Shown: positions 30,038 to 40,415, counted from the first letter of the stretch. The stretch: 64,000 nucleotides of DNA from Clostridia bacterium (GCA_017503865.1 JAFVSI010000050.1:64224-128223); one strand, 5' to 3'. A program made the numbers and translations. The notes: a model not told the origin generated them from the letters alone.

Positions 30038-30066
30038 TTGAAAAATTTTTAGGTATGAGTTATAAT
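30038..30066 (+). promoter_or_regulatory. Promoter of the small P-loop gene
   Basis: TTGAAA, 17 nt, TATAAT. Confidence 0.55.
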
Positions 30067-30111
30067 ATATATGAACCTTAAAAGTTCAAATACTATTATC
30101 GGAGGTTCCGG

Positions 30112-30519
30112 ATGTTAAAGTTAATTATTGGTGTTAAAGGCACAGGCAAAACAAAGACTCTTATTAGTATGGTAAACGATGCAGTTGCTACCTCTAAGGG
30201 TGCTGTTATTTGTATCGAAAAGGGCGATAAGCTTCGCTTTGACGTTAAGTATCAGGCAAGACTTATTGATACTGACGAGTATTTCGTTGACGATGCACAG
30301 TCTTTGTTTGGTTTTGTAGCAGGTATTTTTGCAAGTAACCACGACGTTACTGATTTGTTTATAGATTCTGCTCTTAAGATATGCCAGAACGATATGGCAG
30401 CATTTGACAAGTTCCTTGAAGAGATGAACGCTCTTGTTGAGAAGCTTGATATCAATGTTGTTATGACTTCTTCTCTTCCTGTTGAGGATGCAACAGAGAC
30501 AGTTAAGAAGTACGTTTGA
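30112..30519 (+). CDS. Small stand-alone P-loop NTPase, function unknown
   Basis: 135 aa. Walker A GVKGTGKT at residues 7-14 and a Walker-B-like LFID. No further domain. Confidence 0.6.
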   Translation: MLKLIIGVKGTGKTKTLISMVNDAVATSKGAVICIEKGDKLRFDVKYQARLIDTDEYFVDDAQSLFGFVAGIFASNHDVTDLFIDSALKICQNDMAAFDKFLEEMNALVEKLDINVVMTSSLPVEDATETVKKYV

Positions 30520-30557
30520 TAGGTGCTACATAACAAAACCTGAAAAAATAAAATAAC

Positions 30558-30593
30558 AAATCTTCGGCGGGTTTTGTCCCGCCGATTTGTTTA
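30558..30593 (+). terminator. Candidate terminator between the P-loop gene and topB
   Basis: Stem TCGGCGGG/CCCGCCGA with loop TTTTGT, then TTTGTTT (an interrupted U-tract). Confidence 0.55.
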
Positions 30594-30609
30594 ATAAGAG
30601 GATTTTAAA

Positions 30610-32721
30610 TTGATTTTAATTATAGCAGAAAAGCCAAGTCTTGGCCGTAATATTGCGGCGGGTATTGGAAATATGGCAAAACGTGACGGGTATCTTGAGG
30701 GTAACGGATACATTATCTCTTGGGCGTTCGGTCACCTCTTCAGCCTTGCCGATATTGAGGCTTACGGTCCGCAAAAAGAGGGAATTGTTAGATGGAGTAT
30801 GGACAATATTCCTTGCTTCCCGAAAGAGTTTAAGTTCGTAATAAGAAATGGTGCTGATAAAAAGCCAGATGCAGGTGTTATTAAGCAGTTCAAAACGCTT
30901 GAATACCTTTGTAACCGTGAGGACGTTGACACGATAGTAAACGCAGGAGATGCCGATAGAGAAGGAGAGATAATTATTCGTCTTTGTGTAACGAATGCTC
31001 TCAAAACGCCTAAAAAACTGCTTCGACTGTGGCTACCAGACCAGACGCCAGAAACGGTTGCCGCGGCACTTGCTGATATGAAGGACGAGTCGGAGTATAA
31101 CAATCTTGCAGAAGAGGGATTCGCAAGAACGTATACAGACTGGCTCTACGGAGTCAATCTCACGCGTTTTGCAACGCTTAAGAGCGGTGTTCTTTTGAGA
31201 GTTGGAAGAGTCATCGTGCCTATCGTTTCGGCTATTTACGAGCGAGATATGGCAATCAGAAACTTCGTGCCTGAAAAATACTACGGAATGGTAAGCAACG
31301 AGGAAACCAACGGCGAGAAGGTCGAGCTTGTCAGCAAGCAAAAATTTGCTCACAATATGCAAAACAAAGCTCTTGAGGAGTGTGCAAAATATAATGCGTG
31401 CGAAGCAACCGTTACTAACGTAAAGAATAAGAAGGATACACTTTCTGCGGGTAAGCTTTATTCGCTCTCAAAGCTTCAAAACGTTCTCGGTAAAAAATTC
31501 AAGATGTCGATGGCGGATAGCCTTGCCATCATACAAAAGCTTTACGAAGAAGGATATTTGACCTATCCCCGTACAAACTCTGAGTATCTCGCAACGGCTG
31601 AGAAGGACAAGATAAAAAAGGTACTTGCAAACTGTCAAAAGCTTGGATATGACGTTATTTTTAAGGACAAGAAGACGATATTTGACGACAGCAAGATAGA
31701 ATCTCACTCGGCAATAACGCCTACATATAAAATTCCGGATAAGACTAAGCTCTCGGAAGCGGAAATGCGTGTATATTCTACCGTTATGCGTAGATTCGTT
31801 GCCGTATTTTGTCGCGAGGATTGTATAGCTCAACGCTCGGAGATAACAATAAGTGTTGGTGATCTTGAAGAATTTGTACTCAAGGGAATGACGATAGTTC
31901 AGAAGGGTTGGCTTAAATATGACGATGCGGGCAAGAAGGATAAAATACTTCCTTCTCTTAAAAAGGGAGATAAGGTCAACATTTGCTTTAAACCCGTCGA
32001 AAAGGAAACCTCACCCCCAAAGCACTACACGATAGAAACACTTAACAACTATCTAAAAAATCCTTTCCGCGAGGAAAAGGCAAATATTGACGATAATATG
32101 GATGCCGACGACGCCGAGGAATACAAGGCAATGTTCGAGGGTGTCGAGCTTGGAACAGAGGCAACACGCACAGGTATTATTGACAATGCCCGTAAGAGCG
32201 GATATATAAAGCTTACAAAAGACGTTTACACAATTTTGCCAGACGGTGAATATCTTGTTGAGTCTCTTCAAAGAATGAAGATAAATATGGATAAGTTCAA
32301 GACGTCTGAAATGGGACGCTCGCTCAAAAAAGTCTATAGAGGTGAAATGAGTGTCGGTGACGTTGTGGAGATCGCAAAGAACGATATTTCATCGTATTTT
32401 GCGGTAGCCCCCACAACAACACTTGAAGAGGATACCGATATTGGCTTTTTTGGTGATGATATCGGTGCGTGTCCCTTGTGCGGCGGTACGGTTAAGAGAT
32501 TTAAATATAGCTACGGGTGCTCCGAATACAAGAATGGCTGTAAGTTCTCGATACCTCTTGTTTTGTGCAAGCGTGCTATATCTGTGTCAAATGCAAAGCT
32601 TCTTCTCGAAACGGGAAAGAGCACAAAAATAAAGGGATTTGTTTCAAAGAAAAATATACCGTTTGATGCTATTTTGATCATTCAAAACGGAAAGTGTGTT
32701 TTTGATTTTAATAATCCGTAA
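30610..32721 (+). CDS. topB: DNA topoisomerase III (type IA) with a C-terminal zinc ribbon
   Basis: 703 aa with a TTG start. TOPRIM region IIAEKPS...DADREGE, active-site region LYEEGYLTYPRTNSEYL, and C-terminal CPLCGG...CSEYKNGC. Confidence 0.9.
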   Translation: MILIIAEKPSLGRNIAAGIGNMAKRDGYLEGNGYIISWAFGHLFSLADIEAYGPQKEGIVRWSMDNIPCFPKEFKFVIRNGADKKPDAGVIKQFKTLEYLCNREDVDTIVNAGDADREGEIIIRLCVTNALKTPKKLLRLWLPDQTPETVAAALADMKDESEYNNLAEEGFARTYTDWLYGVNLTRFATLKSGVLLRVGRVIVPIVSAIYERDMAIRNFVPEKYYGMVSNEETNGEKVELVSKQKFAHNMQNKALEECAKYNACEATVTNVKNKKDTLSAGKLYSLSKLQNVLGKKFKMSMADSLAIIQKLYEEGYLTYPRTNSEYLATAEKDKIKKVLANCQKLGYDVIFKDKKTIFDDSKIESHSAITPTYKIPDKTKLSEAEMRVYSTVMRRFVAVFCREDCIAQRSEITISVGDLEEFVLKGMTIVQKGWLKYDDAGKKDKILPSLKKGDKVNICFKPVEKETSPPKHYTIETLNNYLKNPFREEKANIDDNMDADDAEEYKAMFEGVELGTEATRTGIIDNARKSGYIKLTKDVYTILPDGEYLVESLQRMKINMDKFKTSEMGRSLKKVYRGEMSVGDVVEIAKNDISSYFAVAPTTTLEEDTDIGFFGDDIGACPLCGGTVKRFKYSYGCSEYKNGCKFSIPLVLCKRAISVSNAKLLLETGKSTKIKGFVSKKNIPFDAILIIQNGKCVFDFNNP

Positions 32722-32733
32722 AGGAGATAAAAG

Positions 32734-34392
32734 ATGAAAAAGGGAAAGAGAATTGTATTTTCGTCAATTATAACACTTGCTATTGTGGCAGCGGCGTTTT
32801 ATATTACGTTGCCACCCATCAACCTGCAAAGCACCGAGTTTTGGGGCTTTTTGACCTTTTCGGTCGTGGTTTTCGGAGTTAGCAATCTTGTGCTTTCAAT
32901 AAATCTTAGAAGTGCCCGCGAGGCGGTAGGACATACCCCTATAAGCCTTAAGAATAACAAATTTGCTATAGTTGTCATCGTGCTTGCACTCTTGCCTATG
33001 CTCGTGATTTTGGTGGGCAATATATCATCGTCAACATTCTTTAACGCAAAGGCGTATGCAAACGTTATTACGGTTGAGAATGCAATCTTTGAAGAGGATA
33101 TGCCCGAAACCGATACTGTAAGCAACATAGCTCTTATGGATAGCAACTCGGCAAATACTATTGGAAACAGAACTCTCGGAGCTCTTTCAAATGTTGTTTC
33201 ACAGTATGAGATAGCACCGAACTATGCCCAGATAAATTATCTTGGAACCCCCAAAAAGGTTGCAAATCTCGAATACGTTGGATTTTTCAAATGGTTGGGT
33301 AACCGAGACACGGGAATTCCGGGATTTGTTATGGTCGATCCTGTAAATATCTCCGCTGAATACGTTGAACTCACAAAGCCTATGAAATACGTTGACAGTG
33401 CGTTTTTTAACGAGGATCTTCTCAGAGCCGTCAGATTCCGTTACCCTACGAAGATTTTGCACAATTTCAGCTTTGAAATAGATGAAGCGGGAAATCCGTA
33501 TTATATTATTGCGTGTGCAAAGCCGAAGGTCGGTCTTTTTGGAGCACTCGATATTAACGAGGTTATTAAATTTGATCCTTGTTCGGGTGAGTCGGAGATA
33601 TATAGCGTTGACTCTACGCCTTCTTGGATAGATACTGTTTATACGGGGTATCTTGCTTCTGAAAAATACGATTGGTACGGACTTTATGCAAACGGATTTT
33701 GGAATAGTGTTATCGGCAATAAAGATTGTAAGGTCACAACCGATGACTTCGGTTATATTATGATCGGTGATGACGTTTGGTACTTTACAGGTGTAACCTC
33801 GATAACGAGTGACGAGAGTAACATAGGATTTATTATCAGTAATGCAAGAACAGGCGAGTACAAATTCTATCCTATTATAGGAGCAGAGGAATACTCCGCA
33901 ATGCGTTCTGCGGAGGGCGAGGTACAGGAAAAGAGATATACCGCTTCATTTCCGTCACTGATAAATATTTCGGGTGAGGCGACTTATATTATGGTTCTCA
34001 AGGACGATTCGGGAATTGTTAGACTTTACGCACTTGTAAACGTTGAGCAATATACCGTAGTTGCTACGGGAGAAACTCAGGAAAGTGCTAAGAGATCCTA
34101 TATTGAAAAGCTTAAGCAAGAGGGAATTTTAGATGACGAGCTTGTTGACGATCCCGATCTTCCTGTTGTAAGCAGTGCAACTATTACTGTAAGCGATATA
34201 AAAATGCCTGTTATAAACGGCGAAACTGTCGTATATATTACAGATGAAAAGGGAATTGTATATAAGGAAAAGCTCTCACAAAACGAGTCTCTGATTCTTC
34301 TTGGAGTTGGCGACAAGATAGAGGTTTTCTATTCAGACACTTCCATTGAAAGAATTAAAGAAATAGAGTCTTTCAATGCTGTAAACAAATAA
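32734..34392 (+). CDS. Membrane-anchored protein of unknown function (3 N-terminal TM segments plus a large extracytoplasmic domain)
   Basis: 552 aa. Starts 12 nt after the topB stop with RBS AAGGAGA. No family recognised. Confidence 0.6.
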   Translation: MKKGKRIVFSSIITLAIVAAAFYITLPPINLQSTEFWGFLTFSVVVFGVSNLVLSINLRSAREAVGHTPISLKNNKFAIVVIVLALLPMLVILVGNISSSTFFNAKAYANVITVENAIFEEDMPETDTVSNIALMDSNSANTIGNRTLGALSNVVSQYEIAPNYAQINYLGTPKKVANLEYVGFFKWLGNRDTGIPGFVMVDPVNISAEYVELTKPMKYVDSAFFNEDLLRAVRFRYPTKILHNFSFEIDEAGNPYYIIACAKPKVGLFGALDINEVIKFDPCSGESEIYSVDSTPSWIDTVYTGYLASEKYDWYGLYANGFWNSVIGNKDCKVTTDDFGYIMIGDDVWYFTGVTSITSDESNIGFIISNARTGEYKFYPIIGAEEYSAMRSAEGEVQEKRYTASFPSLINISGEATYIMVLKDDSGIVRLYALVNVEQYTVVATGETQESAKRSYIEKLKQEGILDDELVDDPDLPVVSSATITVSDIKMPVINGETVVYITDEKGIVYKEKLSQNESLILLGVGDKIEVFYSDTSIERIKEIESFNAVNK

Positions 34393-34477
34393 AAAACGGA
34401 TAAAAAACAACAATGCCGTCAAATAATTGGCGGCATTGTTGAATGTAAAAAAATATATAAAATTTTGACAAAAAGTA

Positions 34478-34506
34478 TTGACAAATGGGGATATACGTGA
34501 TATAAT
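34478..34506 (+). promoter_or_regulatory. Consensus sigma-A promoter of the tRNA pair
   Basis: TTGACA (34478-34483), 17 nt, TATAAT (34501-34506), exact, 20 nt before the tRNA 5' end. Confidence 0.7.
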
Positions 34507-34526
34507 AGTCGAGCGTCAAACGCAAT

Positions 34527-34603
34527 GGCGGAATAGCTCAGTTGGCTAGAGCATCCGGTTCATACCCGGCAGGTCGTTGGTTCAAGTCCGACTTCCGCTA
34601 CCA
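34527..34603 (+). tRNA. tRNA-Met (anticodon CAT). Elongator type by the G1-U72 pair; a lysidine-modified tRNA-Ile2 cannot be excluded.
   Basis: 77 nt. Cloverleaf readable by eye: acceptor GGCGGAA/TTCCGCT, D arm GCTC..GAGC, anticodon loop TTCATAC, T arm GTTGG-TTCAAGT-CCGAC, encoded CCA. Confidence 0.88.
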
Positions 34604-34678
34604 GGCCCGTTGGTCAAGCGGCTAAGACACCGCCCTTTCACGGCGGTAACAGGAGTTCGATTCTCCTACGGGTCACCA
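34604..34678 (+). tRNA. tRNA-Glu (anticodon TTC)
   Basis: 75 nt. Acceptor GGCCCGT/ACGGGTC, anticodon stem-loop CGCC-CTTTCAC-GGCG, T arm AGGAG-TTCGATT-CTCCT, encoded CCA. Starts immediately after the CCA of tRNA-Met. Confidence 0.92.
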
Positions 34679-34722
34679 AAAAAAGACAGGAGCACAAAGT
34701 GCTCCTGTCTTTTTTTGGTGAC
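34672..34722. terminator. Perfect 24-bp palindrome acting as a bidirectional terminator
   Basis: GTCACCAAAAAAAGACAGGAGCAC-AAA-GTGCTCCTGTCTTTTTTTGGTGAC. The left arm starts inside tRNA-Glu at its last 7 nt, GTCACCA. Confidence 0.8.
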
Positions 34723-34820
34723 TTTAAAGCAATCAAACCGCCATTAAAGATGGCAAGCTCGCAAGGTGTGAGCTGTGTGCAGAAAATTCAGTTTAGCTAT
34801 GTCTAAACCGAAAAGCACGG

Positions 34821-35363
34821 TTACTTTCTTTTAGTTTTATAAAATTCTATCCACGAAACAATTGCAATTATCACCAAAGGAAATATGCTAAGTATTTTCT
34901 TGAAAGAATAGCCTGCTGCTATAAGTATTGTGGTTGGTCCGTTAGCTCCTCCTATTAAAGTGACCTCGGATTTAAATTTATACGCTAAAAAATAGTGATA
35001 AATTTCATTAAATACATAGGTTGATACAAATAGTGTAGAAACAATTGCCATAATTAAAAAAATACATCTTAAAGTTTTTCGCTTTGATTCGTTTTGCTTA
35101 GCAAGTGTATCATTCAAAGATTTAAGTGTTTCGGTTGAATTATCTATTTCTTCTGATTTATTGTTGGGCTTTGTTTCATCAAGTAAGATATTTACTGTTG
35201 TGTTTAATTCGTTTGCTAATTTTACCAGCATTTCCGAATCGGGAACAGACAGCCCCTTTTCCCATTTTGAAACTGTTTGCCTGACTACGTTTAGGCTTGA
35301 GGCTAATTCTTCTTGAGATAACCCCTTGGCCTTGCGTAGCTTTTTTATATTCTCGCTTAACAT
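34821..35363 (-). CDS. XRE-family helix-turn-helix protein with a C-terminal membrane domain
   Basis: 180 aa. The N-terminus IKKLRKAKGLSQEELASSLNVVRQTVSKWEKGLSVPD is a classic Cro/C1 HTH. Three hydrophobic segments at the C-terminus. About 30% GC in a hand-counted 100-nt sample, visibly AT-richer than its neighbours. Confidence 0.8.
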   Translation of the reverse strand: MLSENIKKLRKAKGLSQEELASSLNVVRQTVSKWEKGLSVPDSEMLVKLANELNTTVNILLDETKPNNKSEEIDNSTETLKSLNDTLAKQNESKRKTLRCIFLIMAIVSTLFVSTYVFNEIYHYFLAYKFKSEVTLIGGANGPTTILIAAGYSFKKILSIFPLVIIAIVSWIEFYKTKRK

Positions 35364-35442
35364 AGATTCCTCCTCGAGCTTTGTTAAAACAATTATATCT
35401 CAATTTCTTCTATATTTCAAGCAACCAAAATTAACATTTAAT

Positions 35443-35472
35443 AAAAAACAGCCCACACAGTTGTGTGGGCTG
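35443..35472 (-). terminator. Intrinsic terminator after the 292-aa gene that follows groEL
   Basis: Minus-strand stem CAGCCCACAC/GTGTGGGCTG with loop AACT, followed by TTTTTT. Confidence 0.8.
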
Positions 35473-35478
35473 TAATTT

Positions 35479-36357
35479 TTAGAACTCTAAAATATAGAAA
35501 TTTCCCGTTACGTCGGAATAGTAGCAAACGTCGTCCTTGAAGTCGATCATTTCAGCTTCAATTGACATTCCAAGGTCTTCAAATCTAAGGAAGAACTCTT
35601 GCTTTTTTGCTTTCGTATCTATAATACGGAGTGCAGGAGGATTTTTCTCATTGTTCGTAAAGCCTTCAACGGAATAAATCTTTCCCTTGTGGCAACAAGC
35701 ACCTTGAATGAAGTGGTGATATTCAACATCAAACCGATCGGTAATATCGTCAACTGTGAGTGTTACAACATTTACACCGTATTTCTCGTCAAATATACCG
35801 CCCGAAAGCTTGGGTAAATCAAACTCAAAATATCTTGTCATTTTTGCTGCATCACGCATGGTGAAAGCATAAAGCTTATTTGTTTCGGTGTCAATTGTGA
35901 AATTACCGTAAGGTCTTACGTCAGCAGGCTCAATGCTTGAACGCCAAAGCTCGTAATCGTTTACAAAACCAACCTTGATAATTTGAACAAGAGTAGTTGT
36001 GAACTTATTGTCACTGTCTCTTTGTACTCGGTAAACGCAGCAAACACCAACGAGAGGATCTTCTTCCTTAGCGTAATTATTATAAATATTGCTATAAAGA
36101 AGAGGGAACTCATCTCCTTCAACATAGTATTCGGTTCCAAAGCAAACAGCGTTGCTGTGCGGAACTATCAAATCACGTTTATCGAGAAGAAAAGAATCTA
36201 CGGGATTTGCCACTGTTACGTCATTTGATGACTGTAATTCGTTCACGTCATAAACGTTACACTCACCTCTTGTTGCGAAACGGAAGAGGAAATTGTTAAA
36301 TATAGCACCGTCTTGACTACCTTTTATTTTTGCAATCTGTGTGATCTTCAAGGTCAT
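35479..36357 (-). CDS. Hypothetical protein, apparently co-transcribed with groES-groEL
   Basis: 292-aa ORF starting 24 nt after the groEL stop, with GGAGGA just upstream. The ATG is only 2 nt from the SD, so the in-frame TTG two codons later may be the true start. No hairpin lies between groEL and this gene, and a strong terminator follows it. No family recognised. Confidence 0.6.
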   Translation of the reverse strand: MTLKITQIAKIKGSQDGAIFNNFLFRFATRGECNVYDVNELQSSNDVTVANPVDSFLLDKRDLIVPHSNAVCFGTEYYVEGDEFPLLYSNIYNNYAKEEDPLVGVCCVYRVQRDSDNKFTTTLVQIIKVGFVNDYELWRSSIEPADVRPYGNFTIDTETNKLYAFTMRDAAKMTRYFEFDLPKLSGGIFDEKYGVNVVTLTVDDITDRFDVEYHHFIQGACCHKGKIYSVEGFTNNEKNPPALRIIDTKAKKQEFFLRFEDLGMSIEAEMIDFKDDVCYYSDVTGNFYILEF

Positions 36358-36381
36358 ATCCTCCGACAGTTTTATTTTTTA

Positions 36382-38028
<1,647 letters not shown>

Positions 38029-38048
38029 TTAACCCTTTCTTATATAAA

Positions 38049-38333
38049 TTACTCAACTATTGCGAGAATGTCAGACTGACGAACGATAGTGTACTCAACA
38101 CCGTCAGCCTTAACCTCGGTGCCTGAATACTTAGAGGTGATAACCTTGTCACCAACCTTAACGGTCATAACAACCTCTTTGCCGTCAACAAGTCCGCCGG
38201 GACCTACTGCAACGACCTCAGCAACCTGGGGCTTTTCCTGCGAAGCGGCGGTAAGAATGAGACCGCTTACTGTCTTTTCCTCAACGTCAGCGAGCTTTAA
38301 AACAACTCTGTCTGCAAGTGGTTTAATTGTCAT
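38049..38333 (-). CDS. groES: Co-chaperonin GroES (10 kDa)
   Basis: Start set at MTIKPLADRVVLK (94 aa). RBS AGGAGGAAA. Confidence 0.96.
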   Translation of the reverse strand: MTIKPLADRVVLKLADVEEKTVSGLILTAASQEKPQVAEVVAVGPGGLVDGKEVVMTVKVGDKVITSKYSGTEVKADGVEYTIVRQSDILAIVE

Positions 38334-38395
38334 TTTGATTTCCTCCTGTATAACAATTATAAAATATAAAATTTTATTAACCGATTTGGGTGGTT

Positions 38396-38422
38396 TTAGC
38401 ACTTTAAAAAGTTGAGTGCTAA
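38396..38422. promoter_or_regulatory. CIRCE operator (HrcA binding site)
   Basis: TTAGCACTT-N9-GAGTGCTAA versus the consensus TTAGCACTC-N9-GAGTGCTAA (one mismatch). Lies between the groES promoter and the RBS. Confidence 0.9.
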
Positions 38423-38433
38423 CACACGAGTAT

Positions 38434-38461
38434 ATTTTACACTATTTTATAGAAAAATCAA
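38434..38461 (-). promoter_or_regulatory. Promoter of groES-groEL
   Basis: Minus strand TTGATT, 16 nt, TAAAAT, immediately upstream of CIRCE. Confidence 0.5.
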
Positions 38462-38622
38462 GGGGTTTTTGAATATTTAACATTTAATTAACATTTTATT
38501 CCTTCGTCATAGTTTTAGTTCTACTCTTAATATAATTTATAAGTAAGAAATATAACGGGAAAATAAATTTTTTGCGAATTTTTTTAAAAAATAACCGGTT
38601 AATTTTTAGTGAGGAAAGAAAA

Positions 38623-39954
38623 TTGATAGCATTTATAAACAAATATATTTTTGGCACTGCCGTTCCCATAATGCTTGTTTTGGCAGGAATTTACTATATT
38701 TTTTTGTTACGCGGATTTCATGTCATCAAAATGAAAAAAGTTTTTAGGGCATTGACGGCAAGACAGGACAAAAACGGCGTTTCGCCGTTTCGAGCGGTGA
38801 CGCTTGCACTTGCGGGAACGCTTGGTGTGGGGAATATCGTGGGCGTTTCTGCGGCAATTTATCTTGGCGGATTCGGTTCAATATTCTGGATGTGGGTTAG
38901 TGCATTCTTTGCTATGCTTTTAAAGTACGCCGAGATAGTTCTTGCGGTAAAGCACCGAAGATTTGACAAAGAGGGAAATCCGCACGGCTCGGCTATGATA
39001 TACATAGAGGACCTTTTTAGGTCGGTAGGTCTTAAGAAATTCGGGTGTTTCCTTGCAGTAGTATTTGCCCTGCTATGTATATTAAATTCAATAACAATGG
39101 GAAGTATGATTCAAGTCAATGCGATAACGGGTGCATTCCAAAGTGTATGGGGATTTTCACCGCTGATTATTGGAATTTTTCTCTCAATAACCGTTTTTAT
39201 CATCGTGTCTAAGGGAAGTGATAGTATTTCGAAATTTACGGAGATGATTGTCCCTATAATGACTCTCGGGTACGTAGTTTTGTCATTGGCTGTTATGTTT
39301 TTAAGATTTGATAAATTAGACGATGCATTTATAAGCATATTCAATGAAGCTTTTGAGGTTGATTCAATGTTTGGTGGAATTCTCGGTTTTTTCTTGTCAA
39401 GAGCTCTGCGGTTTGGAACTATGAGGGGACTTGTATCAAATGAGGCGGGATGCGGCACTGCTCCCACGGCACACGCCACATCAAATACAAAAAGCCCCGT
39501 AGAGCAGGGCTTTTGGGGAATTTTCGAGGTCTTTGTAGATACTATCGTTTTGTGTACTATGACAGCACTTGTGGTCATTATTTCTTACGGTGAGGTAAAG
39601 CATTTTGGCAATAATTTTATTATGATGACGATAGGGGCATATAAAAACGTGCTTGGAGATTTCGCAGAGTATTTTCTTGCCATATCGGTTTTGTTTTTTG
39701 CTTTTGCTACAGTAATTTGTTGGGCACATTACGGAATGGAGAGTGTTGCATATTTAAGTAAGAATAAAACTATGTTGAAGTTGTTTATTGTTATATATTC
39801 TTTGTCGGTGTTTTTAGGAGCGATAATAAATGCCGACATAATTTGGGAAGCTGCTGATTTTGCAATTGGAGCTATGACGTTAATAAACGTAACCGTGATT
39901 TGCCTTATGAGTAAAGAGGTAAAAAGGGAGACAATGTGTTATTTTATGAAATAA
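38623..39954 (+). CDS. Alanine/glycine:cation symporter (AGCS family amino-acid carrier)
   Basis: Start moved to the TTG at 38623 (RBS GAGGAAAG 4 nt upstream). FRAVTLALAGTLGVGNIVGV, SNEAGCGTAP and the multi-TM layout are typical of AGCS. Confidence 0.88.
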   Translation: MIAFINKYIFGTAVPIMLVLAGIYYIFLLRGFHVIKMKKVFRALTARQDKNGVSPFRAVTLALAGTLGVGNIVGVSAAIYLGGFGSIFWMWVSAFFAMLLKYAEIVLAVKHRRFDKEGNPHGSAMIYIEDLFRSVGLKKFGCFLAVVFALLCILNSITMGSMIQVNAITGAFQSVWGFSPLIIGIFLSITVFIIVSKGSDSISKFTEMIVPIMTLGYVVLSLAVMFLRFDKLDDAFISIFNEAFEVDSMFGGILGFFLSRALRFGTMRGLVSNEAGCGTAPTAHATSNTKSPVEQGFWGIFEVFVDTIVLCTMTALVVIISYGEVKHFGNNFIMMTIGAYKNVLGDFAEYFLAISVLFFAFATVICWAHYGMESVAYLSKNKTMLKLFIVIYSLSVFLGAIINADIIWEAADFAIGAMTLINVTVICLMSKEVKRETMCYFMK

Positions 39955-39983
39955 AAAGCAGACCGCTTTTGCGGTCTGCTTTT
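39953..39983. terminator. Bidirectional terminator between the AGCS gene and aroQ
   Basis: Stem AGCAGACCGC/GCGGTCTGCT with loop TTTT, flanked by an A-run and a T-run. Confidence 0.85.
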
Positions 39984-39984
39984 G

Positions 39985-40413
39985 TTATGCGTTATCCTTT
40001 AAATACTCAAGAGCCATTTTGTATCCGTCAAATCCGTGTCCGCAAATTGTCTTTTTCGCGACCATCGAAACGTATGAGAACTGACGGAATTTCTCTCGCT
40101 TTGAGATGTCCGAGATGTGCACCTCAACGGTAGGAATAGCGACAGCTTTGAGAGCATCGAGAATGGCTACACTTGTGTGTGTATATGCGGCGGGATTTAT
40201 AACTATTCCGTCGTATACACCGTATGCCGCTTGAATAACGTCAACTATTTCACCCTCGTGATTAGACTGAAAAAGCGAGACGGAAATGCCAAGTTCGTTT
40301 GCAGAGGTTTTGATAAACTCCTCAAGTGCCTTAAAGTTTTGAGCACCGTAAACATCGGGCTCACGAATACCGAGCATATTTATATTTGGACCGTTAATTA
40401 CAAGGACTTTCAT
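39985..40413 (-). CDS. aroQ: 3-dehydroquinate dehydratase, type II
   Basis: 142 aa. MKVLVINGPNINMLGIREPDVYG, FQSNHEGEIVD, INPAAYTHTSVA. Confidence 0.93.
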   Translation of the reverse strand: MKVLVINGPNINMLGIREPDVYGAQNFKALEEFIKTSANELGISVSLFQSNHEGEIVDVIQAAYGVYDGIVINPAAYTHTSVAILDALKAVAIPTVEVHISDISKREKFRQFSYVSMVAKKTICGHGFDGYKMALEYLKDNA

Positions 40414-40415
40414 TT

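Noticed and set aside
34399-34441. The hairpin CAACAATGCCG...CGGCATTGTTG after the 552-aa membrane protein gene, considered as a terminator
   Set aside because: The stem is good (11 bp), but the loop is 12 nt and no U-tract follows on the plus strand. I therefore did not list it as a confident intrinsic terminator.
34679-36381. A genomic island integrated at the tRNA-Glu 3' end
   Set aside because: The window has no integrase or recombinase and no direct repeat of the tRNA 3' end. The 292-aa gene appears fused to the groESL transcription unit. Only the small HTH gene is compositionally deviant, and that is reported separately at low interest.
38462-38622. A glycine or other riboswitch upstream of the AGCS amino-acid symporter
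   Set aside because: The region is AT-rich and lacks the GGAGAG...CACCG...GGGGCAA type blocks. No convincing conserved structure is visible.
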